From Barthelona sp. PCE (lineage: Eukaryota): a stretch of DNA of 64,000 nt. The notes below the pieces were generated by a model. The model was not told the origin of the DNA. It worked only from the letters and a program-made list of their open reading frames with translations, and searched no databases. The stretch is taken from NCBI GenBank assembly GCA_040285745.1, contig JAUFOR010000002.1:124001-188000 (forward strand). The letters are read 5' to 3'. The position numbers and the translations under genes were made by a program. Positions 40,223-49,957 of the stretch are shown here, piece by piece (position 1 is the stretch's first letter; the number at the start of each line of letters is the position of its first letter).

Positions 40223-43200
40223 ATGAGTGCTAAGCATCCTGCAGATCGACTGGAGGAGGAGCTTGGTGATCGCTACAAGATCATAGAGGACTTTGTCCGT
40301 AAGAGGGGTGTTGCTCACGGTCAGATTGCTTCATTTAATTATTTTATTAACCATGAGATCTTTAAGATCTTCGAGCAGAACAACCTCATCACATCAAATA
40401 GTCATAAGCAGCTGAAAATTAGGTATTCAAATCTCACCATCGGTAGCCCAACCGATCCAACCACAGAGGGCGCATCCATCAAGGCAATTTCTCCGCAGCA
40501 GTGCCGTCTCCGAAGTCTCACGTATTCTTCTGAAGTTAAGTGTACTGTTCAGGCAGAAATTCCTACTGCTAGTGGGATTCAGACCATAAGTGAGAAGAAC
40601 GTTACCTTGGGACGCATACCAATCATGCTCGGGTCATCCCACTGTGTCCTGACATCCAAGTCGCCGGAGGAGCTCGCACACCCAACTATTGCCGAATGTC
40701 CTCATGATGTCGGCGGTTACTTTGTCGTCCGCGGTGCCGAGCGTGTGCTGCTGATGCAGGAGCAGATGTCAAAGAATCGTGTAATTGTTGAGATCGACAG
40801 CAAGGGCCAGTACGTTGCTTTGGTCCAGTCGAGCACAGTTGTCAGGCGTAACAGAACAGACGTGTTCCAGGCCCCATCAGGCCGTATTTTCGTCAAGAAT
40901 AACTCATTTACGGACGATATCCCACTGTTTATTGTTTTTAAGGCGTTTGGTCTTGTTAGTGATATGGAGATTGTGCAGCTGATTTGTGGTTACGACACTG
41001 CACAATTCGAGACTCTTCTACAGCCTGCGTGTCACGAGGCCATCGCGTTCAATGTACGCACGAGACAAGACGCGTTGGCATGGATCGGAAGTAAGATCAG
41101 GAAGCGCTCAAAGGCAACGATGAATTTCACATCTGTGATCGAGGAAGGCAGGGAGGCGCTGTTTAGTATTCTGCTTTCACACGTTCCATGCGACGGCTAT
41201 GACTTCCGTCGTAAGACCCTTTACCTGGCTATTCTCGTCAGGCGGCTCCTTACTGCTATTAACGATCCGGCATTCATTGATGACAAGGATTATTATGGGA
41301 ACAAGAGGATCGATATGGCGGGATCCATGATCTCGCTACTGTTTGAGGATGGTCTTAAGACACTCAATTCTAACGTGCGTCGTTCGTTCGAGAAGATCAT
41401 CAATAAGAAGAGCTCGATAGCTAACCTCACATTGAGCGAATTTATCAGCTCAAGGACAATCACTCAGTCATGTGTGACATCATTTGCGACCGGTAACTGG
41501 AACTTGCCGCGTTTCAGAATGGAACGTGCGTCGGTTACATCCCCGATCGATCGACTCAGTTACATCGCTACGAACGGTCACACAACACGTATCACGTCAT
41601 CGTTCGAAAAGACACGTAAGGTCGCCGGACCCAGAGCTATCCAGCCTTCGCAGTGGGGCGTAGTATGCATTAGTGATACACCAGAGGGAGAAGCTTGTGG
41701 TCTTGTGAAGAACCTCGCGCTCATGGCCGAGATCACTGTTGATGAGGACGATTCGGTCGTTTCTCAGCTCCTCTATGACCTTGGTGTCATTGACGCTGTT
41801 TTCTTAGGCGGTGAGATTATTCACTCTCACACACTCGTGTTGTTGAACGGTACTGTTATGGGTGTACACCGTGATCCGCTCGCTCTATGTATGCAGATCC
41901 GCAAGCTACGCAAACAGGGTCGTTTGTCGCGTTTCCTTAGTATATACCATAACTCTCGCCACAAAACAGTTTATATCGCAACTGACGGAGGTCGACTTGT
42001 CCGCCCCCTGCTCATTGTGGAGAGGGAGGTGCCTCTTCTTCAGCCAGAACACATTAAAAGTATTGAATCAGGCCTCCTCTCGTTTCAAGACCTGTTCCAT
42101 ATGGGTGTTATCGAGTACCTGGACGTAAACGAGCAGAATGACACGTTTATTGCGCTCACACCGAAGGAGATCACACCGTACACAACCCACCTCGAGATCG
42201 ATCCGTTTACGCTACTTGGTGTCTGTGCGGCGCTTGTTCCGTATCCCCACCACAATCAGTCACCGCGTAACACATACCAGTGTGCAATGGGTAAACAGGC
42301 AATGGGAGCCATTGCAGACAACCAGCTCAACAGATTCGACACGATTTTGTTCCTTTTGGTCTATCCCCAACGCCCAATGGTTGCATCTCTCCCGCTTGAG
42401 ATGACAAACTACAACAAGCTACCGGCAGGGCAGAACGCAATCGTCGCAGTCATGTCCTACTCCGGATACGATATTGAGGATGCGCTTATTCTTTCGCGTG
42501 GTTCGATTGATCGTGGTTACGCACGATGCATGGTGCTGCGAAGAGAGGTTGTGAAGTTCGAGGACGAAAACAAGAGCGCGGTGGATAAGCTGCCTCAGAT
42601 GGATGGAAATCGCAGTGAGTTCTTGAGTAACTCTGACCCTTCGTTTGCTAACATTGATTTCGATGGTCTCGCGATGACTGGATCGAGATTGAAGAAGGGA
42701 GATATCTATGTGAGAAAGATCGTTGAAGTCGAGTCAGACACGAAGGATATTAACGTTGTTGAGCAGAACGCCAGATACAAGGCTCCCACACCAGCTATGG
42801 TTGACCGTATGGTTATTGCAAAGACAGAAAGGGACGCAATCATCGTTAAAACAACACACCGTAGAGTGCGCCGTCCAGAACTGGGTGATAAATTTTCGTC
42901 AAGACACGGACAGAAGGGTGTAACCGGTCTCATTGTTCCTCAGGAGTCCATGCCCTTCAGTGAGTCAGGCATCAACCCTGATGTTATTATGAACCCACAC
43001 GGTTATCCTTCGAGAATGACTGTTGGCAAGTTGCTGGAGATGATTGCAGGAAAAGCGGGTCTTTTCCATGGTAAGTACGGATATGGAACTTGTTTCGGTG
43101 GTACAAAGGTGAATGACATCGCAGAGGATTTGGTAACGGCTGGTTACTCGTATGGTGGTAAAGATTTACTCTTCAGTGGTATTACAGGTGAGATGTTGGA

Positions 43201-43597
43201 GGCATATATCTTCTTCGGACCCATCTACTACCAGCGTCTTAAACATCTGGCGGTGCTTAAGATGCATGCGCGTGGACGTGGTCCAGTTGCATCCCTCACG
43301 AGACAGGCAACAGAAGGTCGATCCAGAGATGGTGGTCTTCGACTAGGTGAAATGGAGCGTGATTGTTTGGTGGGATATGGCGCAGGTATGCTCATGCGGG
43401 AGCGCCTTCTCATCAGTGCAGATCAATATGATGCGAATGTATGTCAGAAGTGTGGCATTCTTTCTGATGCAGGATATTGTCGTAGTTGTCGTACCAGTAA
43501 GCATGTGACTGAAGTGAAGATGCCCTATGCGTGTAAGTTGCTGTTCCAAGAACTTCAGTCCATGAATGTCGTTCCAAAGTTAAAGCTCAAGGTGTAA
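40223..43597 (+). CDS. RPC2: RNA polymerase III second-largest subunit
   Basis: QEQMSKNRVIVE, QPSQWG, KLPAGQNAIVAVMSYSGYDIEDA, GDKFSSRHGQKG, GGLRLGEMERD. Start taken at ATG 40223. Confidence 0.95.
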   Translation: MSAKHPADRLEEELGDRYKIIEDFVRKRGVAHGQIASFNYFINHEIFKIFEQNNLITSNSHKQLKIRYSNLTIGSPTDPTTEGASIKAISPQQCRLRSLTYSSEVKCTVQAEIPTASGIQTISEKNVTLGRIPIMLGSSHCVLTSKSPEELAHPTIAECPHDVGGYFVVRGAERVLLMQEQMSKNRVIVEIDSKGQYVALVQSSTVVRRNRTDVFQAPSGRIFVKNNSFTDDIPLFIVFKAFGLVSDMEIVQLICGYDTAQFETLLQPACHEAIAFNVRTRQDALAWIGSKIRKRSKATMNFTSVIEEGREALFSILLSHVPCDGYDFRRKTLYLAILVRRLLTAINDPAFIDDKDYYGNKRIDMAGSMISLLFEDGLKTLNSNVRRSFEKIINKKSSIANLTLSEFISSRTITQSCVTSFATGNWNLPRFRMERASVTSPIDRLSYIATNGHTTRITSSFEKTRKVAGPRAIQPSQWGVVCISDTPEGEACGLVKNLALMAEITVDEDDSVVSQLLYDLGVIDAVFLGGEIIHSHTLVLLNGTVMGVHRDPLALCMQIRKLRKQGRLSRFLSIYHNSRHKTVYIATDGGRLVRPLLIVEREVPLLQPEHIKSIESGLLSFQDLFHMGVIEYLDVNEQNDTFIALTPKEITPYTTHLEIDPFTLLGVCAALVPYPHHNQSPRNTYQCAMGKQAMGAIADNQLNRFDTILFLLVYPQRPMVASLPLEMTNYNKLPAGQNAIVAVMSYSGYDIEDALILSRGSIDRGYARCMVLRREVVKFEDENKSAVDKLPQMDGNRSEFLSNSDPSFANIDFDGLAMTGSRLKKGDIYVRKIVEVESDTKDINVVEQNARYKAPTPAMVDRMVIAKTERDAIIVKTTHRRVRRPELGDKFSSRHGQKGVTGLIVPQESMPFSESGINPDVIMNPHGYPSRMTVGKLLEMIAGKAGLFHGKYGYGTCFGGTKVNDIAEDLVTAGYSYGGKDLLFSGITGEMLEAYIFFGPIYYQRLKHLAVLKMHARGRGPVASLTRQATEGRSRDGGLRLGEMERDCLVGYGAGMLMRERLLISADQYDANVCQKCGILSDAGYCRSCRTSKHVTEVKMPYACKLLFQELQSMNVVPKLKLKV

Positions 43598-43636
43598 ACG
43601 ATTTTTAATTCCTTTTCATTATTTTAATGTGCCTAC

Positions 43637-44944
43637 ATGGACACCAGTGTCGTTAGGGAACTCAAAGAGAAGTACAATCAGTTACGAAGCGATGTTTGCT
43701 CCATCAATCTTCCAATCGATGATGTAGATCGACTTGTAGACCATATTAAACACACATTGGATCGACAGCGGAATCAGGTAGCGAGCTTCCTTGAGGAAAA
43801 CAACAGATATATCAAGGCTTACTCGCTTATTTTTGAAAAGGCTGAGGAAATGGTCCAAGAGTCTAAGAAAACACTTACTGCACTGGAAGAGACAGTATTC
43901 ACACTGTCATCAGTTCCAGTTCGACAAGAATTACGTCCAACACCTGAAATTCAGTACATCATTGATTTTCTTGATGACAGCATCATTAACACAGTACGTG
44001 ATCGGATAACAGAGGGCGTATCTGTAGTGGAGGGCTACCCCCGTGACGATTTTTGGCGAATGCGTGAGAACATTACAGTTATCGAGGCTGATTATCAAAT
44101 GATGCTGCAAGAGGTCGAGCCATACATTCAAAAGAACAAAAAGACCAGCGAGATCCACGAGATGATGGGCGCTAAGGTCGATGAGGTACAGACAGTCATT
44201 GATCGCTTGCAGCATTCTGCAAGTTTCACGGAACAAGATGTTGATAACTGCAACCGACTAATCGAACGCGCAAAGTCATTTGTGCTACGTGCAGAGTACT
44301 ATTACGAGATGCTGAAGACAGCAGCTGACGTAATGCATGCGTTCTCGTGCTCTATAGAGGAGTATATCGAGTATATGAAGTCAAAGCCAATGATGACTTT
44401 GAAACACAACATGGTCTTAGTGCATGAGAACAACCAGGGGTTGCAGGGCCTTATTAGGTTCGGAAACGCACTGCTTGATAAGATCAGGGGACTACCAGAA
44501 GCTTTTGAAGTGGCGGAACAAGAGATACAGAGAAGAACACTGATTCTTCGTTTGATGGCCGAATATTCTGCCAGCGCACAAGCAAACTTGAACAAGATGG
44601 TTGCGTACGAAAAGAAGGAGAGGGAGACTTTTGAAGAGACACTACAGATGTTACCGTTACCAATGCAGCAATTGTTCAAGCTGGATGAGGTCCCGGTGTT
44701 TGATGTTTCACCAAAAGAGATCAATTTCAGACTCCCCCTGCTCTCAGACGATAAATATAACGATGTTTCTCTCAATGATGAGCGTATATCTCAGTTTTTG
44801 ATGGATTTATTGAGCGGCAAAAAACCTTCAATGCAAGATCTTGATCAATCAATACTGGCGCCGTCATCGATTTCATCAGCGAATTCAACGTCGACATCAT
44901 CGCTTTTCTCATCAACTTCGAGAAAAGCAGGTTCTCCTTTGTAA
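43637..44944 (+). CDS. Coiled-coil protein with an Atg17/Atg11(FIP200)-like domain
   Basis: LPEAFEVAEQEIQRR...YEKKERETFEETLQMLP resembles the Atg17-like 'E..RR...E...R..F....LP' signature. Confidence 0.45.
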   Translation: MDTSVVRELKEKYNQLRSDVCSINLPIDDVDRLVDHIKHTLDRQRNQVASFLEENNRYIKAYSLIFEKAEEMVQESKKTLTALEETVFTLSSVPVRQELRPTPEIQYIIDFLDDSIINTVRDRITEGVSVVEGYPRDDFWRMRENITVIEADYQMMLQEVEPYIQKNKKTSEIHEMMGAKVDEVQTVIDRLQHSASFTEQDVDNCNRLIERAKSFVLRAEYYYEMLKTAADVMHAFSCSIEEYIEYMKSKPMMTLKHNMVLVHENNQGLQGLIRFGNALLDKIRGLPEAFEVAEQEIQRRTLILRLMAEYSASAQANLNKMVAYEKKERETFEETLQMLPLPMQQLFKLDEVPVFDVSPKEINFRLPLLSDDKYNDVSLNDERISQFLMDLLSGKKPSMQDLDQSILAPSSISSANSTSTSSLFSSTSRKAGSPL

Positions 44945-45082
44945 AGGTGTGTTTATACTTTCTATTTGGTTTTTGAGGTATTTCTAGCACTTTTTGTGTC
45001 AAAAAAAATTGTAAATTATTACTGTGAATGAATTTATGAGGAAAAAGTTGTTTTCTTCTGTTTCTTCGTTACTACATATAAT

Positions 45083-46045
45083 ATGCCAGAAGGATGGCCT
45101 TTGATTTTGAACGAGCCAGGTGTTTTCACGGGATTAATCAATAGTATGGGTCTTTCAGATATTCAAGCTGAAGAACTCTACGAATTTAAGTATGAGTCGT
45201 GGAAATCACTCTCTCCAGTGTATGGCATCATATTTATGTACCCATGGGCACCAAACACAATGGATGATAGCAGAGTTCTCCTTCCTAATGAATGTGATTT
45301 TTTCTTTGCTAAGCAGGTTGCAACAAATTCCTGCGCCACACAGGCTCTCCTATCCGTTCTTATGAACCTTCCAGCCACAGTTGATCTTCCCCCATTACTG
45401 AAAAGGTTTAAAGACTTTGCCATGCCGCTTACCGCAGAGGGACGTGGTTTAGCGATCCAAAACAGCACTGAGCTCTTTGACATCCACTGCTCGATGGCTC
45501 GTCCACCTATGATGACAATGGAACAAGACACCACGACAGAGAGCAATGAGGAGTCGTTCCACTTTGTTGCTTTTGTTCCTATTGACGGGAAACTGTATGA
45601 ATTGGACGGCTTGAAGCTTGGCCCAGTATGTCTTGGTGATATTGTACCTGAGAACGAAGAGTCAGAGGAGGATTGTTTTCTGCGAGTCGTTGCTGAAGAA
45701 ATGACTGATCGTATTCGGGAAACCATGTCGTCTACGCTTTCTTTCTCGATGATGGCAGTCTGCAAAGATATTTTATTGAGCCTCAAGGAAAAGTTAGATG
45801 TTGCGAAGGATGCCAATGATGAGGCGGTTATTGCTGAACTTGAATTCGATATTAACGAGGAGGAGATGCGCCGAGAGCAATGGAGCAACGAGAACATAAG
45901 GCGTAAACATAATTATATTCCGTTTTTGATTCAGTTGCTCAAATTGATGTCTGAGAAAGGCGAATTGGAATATGCAGTTAACAGAGCACGAGGTATGGCA
46001 AATCATGCAGCCAACCACGCAGAGAAAATTCTTCGTAGAAAATAG
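45083..46045 (+). CDS. UCHL5: Ubiquitin C-terminal hydrolase UCH37/UCHL5
   Basis: FFAKQVATNSCATQA, FHFVAFVP, LYELDGL, C-terminal ENIRRKHNYIPF. Confidence 0.93.
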   Translation: MPEGWPLILNEPGVFTGLINSMGLSDIQAEELYEFKYESWKSLSPVYGIIFMYPWAPNTMDDSRVLLPNECDFFFAKQVATNSCATQALLSVLMNLPATVDLPPLLKRFKDFAMPLTAEGRGLAIQNSTELFDIHCSMARPPMMTMEQDTTTESNEESFHFVAFVPIDGKLYELDGLKLGPVCLGDIVPENEESEEDCFLRVVAEEMTDRIRETMSSTLSFSMMAVCKDILLSLKEKLDVAKDANDEAVIAELEFDINEEEMRREQWSNENIRRKHNYIPFLIQLLKLMSEKGELEYAVNRARGMANHAANHAEKILRRK

Positions 46046-46070
46046 TTGACCAGTAAATAAAATCAATAAT

Positions 46071-48602
46071 CTAACGATTGAAGTTTACAAAACCGCATGG
46101 AGAATCAGGACAAAATTTCCATCTCTTACCGGGTTGGTTCTCAGGTGATACATTGTGCTCAGATGTAGCAAATATTTTGCTCCAAATATCGTCTTCAAAA
46201 ACAACCCTTGACTTCTCCAGCAATCCACTTGTGTTGGGATGGGTCATGCTATTAATTATCTTTGGATGCCCCAGGGTGAGAGGCAAAGCCTCAGGGATAT
46301 CGATTTCAATGTTGTAGTTGTTTAAATCTGATGCAGCAACATGGGAATGGTGGGTGAGGGTATATATAGGACTATCAATGTCAGGATCGTCCTGTCTCAA
46401 CTGGATGATACCAGTGTGACTGCCAAACCTGATGGGGATGTGCATCAGAATCTCGTTGTTGGCAGACATACGAATGGCACGGACTGTGCAGGTTGATATG
46501 GCGCTGCGCTTATTCTTGAGAGGAATAGGAGGCATCCTGAACCCGTATATGTCGATGTCGTTCTCCAATAACATGTCGAACATTGCACTATGGATCAGCA
46601 CCATGTTAGGGGCAGCTTTTCCTTGAATACGAGCAGCAGTGTTGACTGTATCACCAATAACAGTGAATTCAAGTCTTCCTTCATTTGCTGATCCCACTGC
46701 ACCAGCGACTGCCGTGCCACAGTTGATACCGACGGACATATGTAACTTGAATGTTCGCCAACTGTTGCGGATTGTGCCATATTTTTGTGGGTCTATCGTT
46801 TCAATTTTATCGCTCAAAAACATAGGAAGAACGCTATTGAGAGCCTCAAGCTCGCCGTACATATGCAAGGCAGCACAGAGAGACAGATGGGCGGAGTCAA
46901 CACCTTTTAGCGTACCGCCATCTTTGTTGAAGATCCAGTAGGCCATGAGTCCATCACCCAAGAACTTGTCGATGATGCCATTAAACGCGATCAGGGACGG
47001 GAGCACAGCGTCATAGAACTGGTTGAGGATCTGGATAATAACGGTTGAGGGAAGCTGTTCACTCAGCTTTGTGAAACCGCAAATATCCAAGAACATGGTT
47101 GCGCAGTCGTACTCCACACCGCGGAGCTGGTTGACGATTGCAGTTTGGTCATGTGAGTGCGTGACTAGTGTTTGAATGAGGGGGGTTGGTAAGAAATTCT
47201 CGAAACGCGACACGATCAGCTTCTCACTGTACAGCTTCTGTATTTCCAGTTGTGACTTGAGCGCCAAGGCCGTATGGCTACACAGACTTGTTAAAAGTAT
47301 TATAAGACCACGGCTAAGATCAACACCAGATGAAGTTTCGCAAACAACAAGACCCAGCCTCTCGATCTCGCTCTTTGAGCCATCCGTCTCGTTCTCAATA
47401 CATAAGGGAACGTAGAGCAGCTGCTTATCAGCGATTGAGTTATCTAAAGCAGCACTTGTTTGAGGAAGCGAGTCGTGCGACATCATTCTAACATATTTTT
47501 GATCTTCAACAGGACGGGTTGTGCAGCACACAGCTTCGACGCTTGTCAGGGCGAGTTCTGCCATACTGGGTACAATGTATGTGATGTCGGCGCTCTTCTG
47601 CGGCTGCTTTTTGAACTGGGGCGTGAGCCCGTTGGGATCAATCTCATTGAGAACATCATCGTCCATCTCGGCATCTTCATCGATTGCACCCAACGATGGA
47701 ACGAGCAGTGACGCTGCATTGCTTTTACCAACAACAGGTGTTGCTGTTGAGACGGAGTATCTGCGCTCGGTGGGAAGGCTGTTTGCCACATCGCTCAGCC
47801 TATCACTTTCGTAATCTGGCTCAGTGTAACATAGACTTTTGAACAAAACCATGTTCTGGAACACAACTTCCCCTTCACCGCCTCCAATCTGACCAGAACA
47901 TCCCTTATCGAGCAGGGTGGTGGTCTGCAGAAGGCCGAATCCAATCAGTTCATGGATACAGTCCATTAGGTTTGACACAATACCCTGGAACGTGTTTGCG
48001 GCTGTAACCTTCCTTGAAAGATCCAGCAACTTGGTCAAGAACGGATTTATCGCGTCTGGAATATCGGATGTGAATAATTGACTGTCAACAAACGTTTCAG
48101 TTGTTACGTTCGTGGACTTCGAAGGGGTGAATTGAAACTTCTGCTCAGGTAAGAAAACAATAGAGTTTGCCATGCTGGATGCTGGGCGGGAAGGGAGCTC
48201 CAGCGATGGTGCGATACTCCCTGACTCAGGCTGATAGAACATATTGCTGGTTGGTGCTTGTCGCAGCAGCAGTAACTTTGTGGAAGCTACCGTGATTGAG
48301 TCATGCAGCTTAAGTATGTACAATGCTTGTTTCCTTAGTCTTGCTCCGTTTAAAAAAGTTCCATTTTGACTTTGATCTTCTAAGCGAACAATTTCATCGT
48401 CTCCTATTGTAAATCTGCAATGAAGCCTGCTCACTAGCTTGTCTGGTATGGTGATTGAGCATGTGTTTGATCTTCCGATTGTTACAACACTTACATCATT
48501 CAATGGAAAGACTCTACCACTAAGAGGCCCTGTAATTACACGCAAAACATGCACATGGTCGTTTTTCTCAGCAATGAATGTTTGAAATAATCTTGGATCC
48601 AT
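46071..48602 (-). CDS. FHA-(GAF-like)-class III adenylate cyclase
   Basis: FHA motifs IGRS, VSRLH and SQNGTFLNG; cyclase motifs MFLDICGFT, IDKFLGDGLM and EFTVIGDTVNTAARIQ. The start may be 48602 or 48653. Confidence 0.85.
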   Translation of the reverse strand: MDPRLFQTFIAEKNDHVHVLRVITGPLSGRVFPLNDVSVVTIGRSNTCSITIPDKLVSRLHCRFTIGDDEIVRLEDQSQNGTFLNGARLRKQALYILKLHDSITVASTKLLLLRQAPTSNMFYQPESGSIAPSLELPSRPASSMANSIVFLPEQKFQFTPSKSTNVTTETFVDSQLFTSDIPDAINPFLTKLLDLSRKVTAANTFQGIVSNLMDCIHELIGFGLLQTTTLLDKGCSGQIGGGEGEVVFQNMVLFKSLCYTEPDYESDRLSDVANSLPTERRYSVSTATPVVGKSNAASLLVPSLGAIDEDAEMDDDVLNEIDPNGLTPQFKKQPQKSADITYIVPSMAELALTSVEAVCCTTRPVEDQKYVRMMSHDSLPQTSAALDNSIADKQLLYVPLCIENETDGSKSEIERLGLVVCETSSGVDLSRGLIILLTSLCSHTALALKSQLEIQKLYSEKLIVSRFENFLPTPLIQTLVTHSHDQTAIVNQLRGVEYDCATMFLDICGFTKLSEQLPSTVIIQILNQFYDAVLPSLIAFNGIIDKFLGDGLMAYWIFNKDGGTLKGVDSAHLSLCAALHMYGELEALNSVLPMFLSDKIETIDPQKYGTIRNSWRTFKLHMSVGINCGTAVAGAVGSANEGRLEFTVIGDTVNTAARIQGKAAPNMVLIHSAMFDMLLENDIDIYGFRMPPIPLKNKRSAISTCTVRAIRMSANNEILMHIPIRFGSHTGIIQLRQDDPDIDSPIYTLTHHSHVAASDLNNYNIEIDIPEALPLTLGHPKIINSMTHPNTSGLLEKSRVVFEDDIWSKIFATSEHNVSPENQPGKRWKFCPDSPCGFVNFNR

Positions 48603-49006
48603 CAGCAGAGAAGAAAAAGAAGGAAAATGAATAAAACGTCTTTTAAAAGACATGTTGATATGTAACGGATGTTTAATCTTCGAATAAATAGGGGAGAGAT
48701 GGGCGCTTTGTCAAAAACAGATGTATTGAGCAGTTTCTATTCATTTCGTTTTGGAATCCAAAGTTGTATTAATTGCTTCTTAAAGTATTCTCATATATTT
48801 AACTGTCAGATAAAAGCTCAAATACGTAGTGTGCACGGTATTAATGAAAAGGATGGTGACTGTTTTGTACTGTGAAGTATTAACCTGATATTAGAGTTTT
48901 ACTGTTATAATATGGATAGTGAATCAACATAACACGATTTTATTAGAGTGAATTGGATGAAATGTGTTTTTGTTTTTGATACCTTATCTTTGACAGTTTT
49001 ATAATT

Positions 49007-49930
49007 ATGAGCTATTCCGACATCAGCTCTTACACAGCAGTAAGTGCAACACCAAGTCCCGAAGCACTTAGGGCAGAACAGCTCATTCAAGCTAACAGCA
49101 GAAAAATTTCTGCATATTTCGGGCAATACGAGCTTTCTCAACTCACACTCAACCAATTTGAAGATAAATTATTTGGAGAATTGGGCTTCATTCGCACACC
49201 AGCATTCAACCGTCTTCTTTCAAAAGACAGAATTGCTCTCATTGATGTATACCGCGCGCTTCGTGCTGTTGACGAGACCCAGTTCCACCTGAAGACAGAG
49301 AATAATGCACGTATCGATCATTTGAAAGGGTTTACACTGAACCCTGAGACTCTTCCAGATTCTTCCGTCAGAAAACGTAAAGTTGAGGGTCTCGTTGATC
49401 ACGTCGGGTTCATAGACACACATATACCAGATAATTTTGTGCTCCCAGCAGCGACAGAAGACCCATATGAGCAGATTCAAGAGTATGCCAGACTTCTAAG
49501 TATCAATGTTGTATCTATTGTCCAGTTCCGCATGAAGCTGGAGGAGCTGGGCATTCCCTTTTCACAGAAAATTGACACGATCATCAACCAGTTCAGTGCT
49601 TCGAACATCTTTCCTTTTTCTCAGTTCGTCAATGCGTTGAATGAGGTCCTGAACATGCCACGTTTCGAGCAACAACCAGTGAACAACATTGCGGTACCTG
49701 GTGTTTTGAGAGAGCCTGTCTTTTCACCAAGTAAGAGGGTGTACAATAACGCAAACAGGTCAACGGTGAATTTCATTACGTGGGAGGATGACAAGCCCCA
49801 GCAAACGACACCAGTGAAGAACACTAGTCGAGCGCAGTTGGATCATGGCAATCTCCTTACATGGAATTCCCCAAGTAATTCAACGTTGGAATCAGAAGAG
49901 AAAAAAGGTCCTCGTCAATGGATTTATTAA
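49007..49930 (+). CDS. Hypothetical protein
   Basis: 307-aa ORF from ATG; two similar helical segments and a repeated 'ITWE/LTWN' tail motif. Confidence 0.7.
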   Translation: MSYSDISSYTAVSATPSPEALRAEQLIQANSRKISAYFGQYELSQLTLNQFEDKLFGELGFIRTPAFNRLLSKDRIALIDVYRALRAVDETQFHLKTENNARIDHLKGFTLNPETLPDSSVRKRKVEGLVDHVGFIDTHIPDNFVLPAATEDPYEQIQEYARLLSINVVSIVQFRMKLEELGIPFSQKIDTIINQFSASNIFPFSQFVNALNEVLNMPRFEQQPVNNIAVPGVLREPVFSPSKRVYNNANRSTVNFITWEDDKPQQTTPVKNTSRAQLDHGNLLTWNSPSNSTLESEEKKGPRQWIY

Positions 49931-49957
49931 TAAATGTATCTTTTTATCAATTAATGA

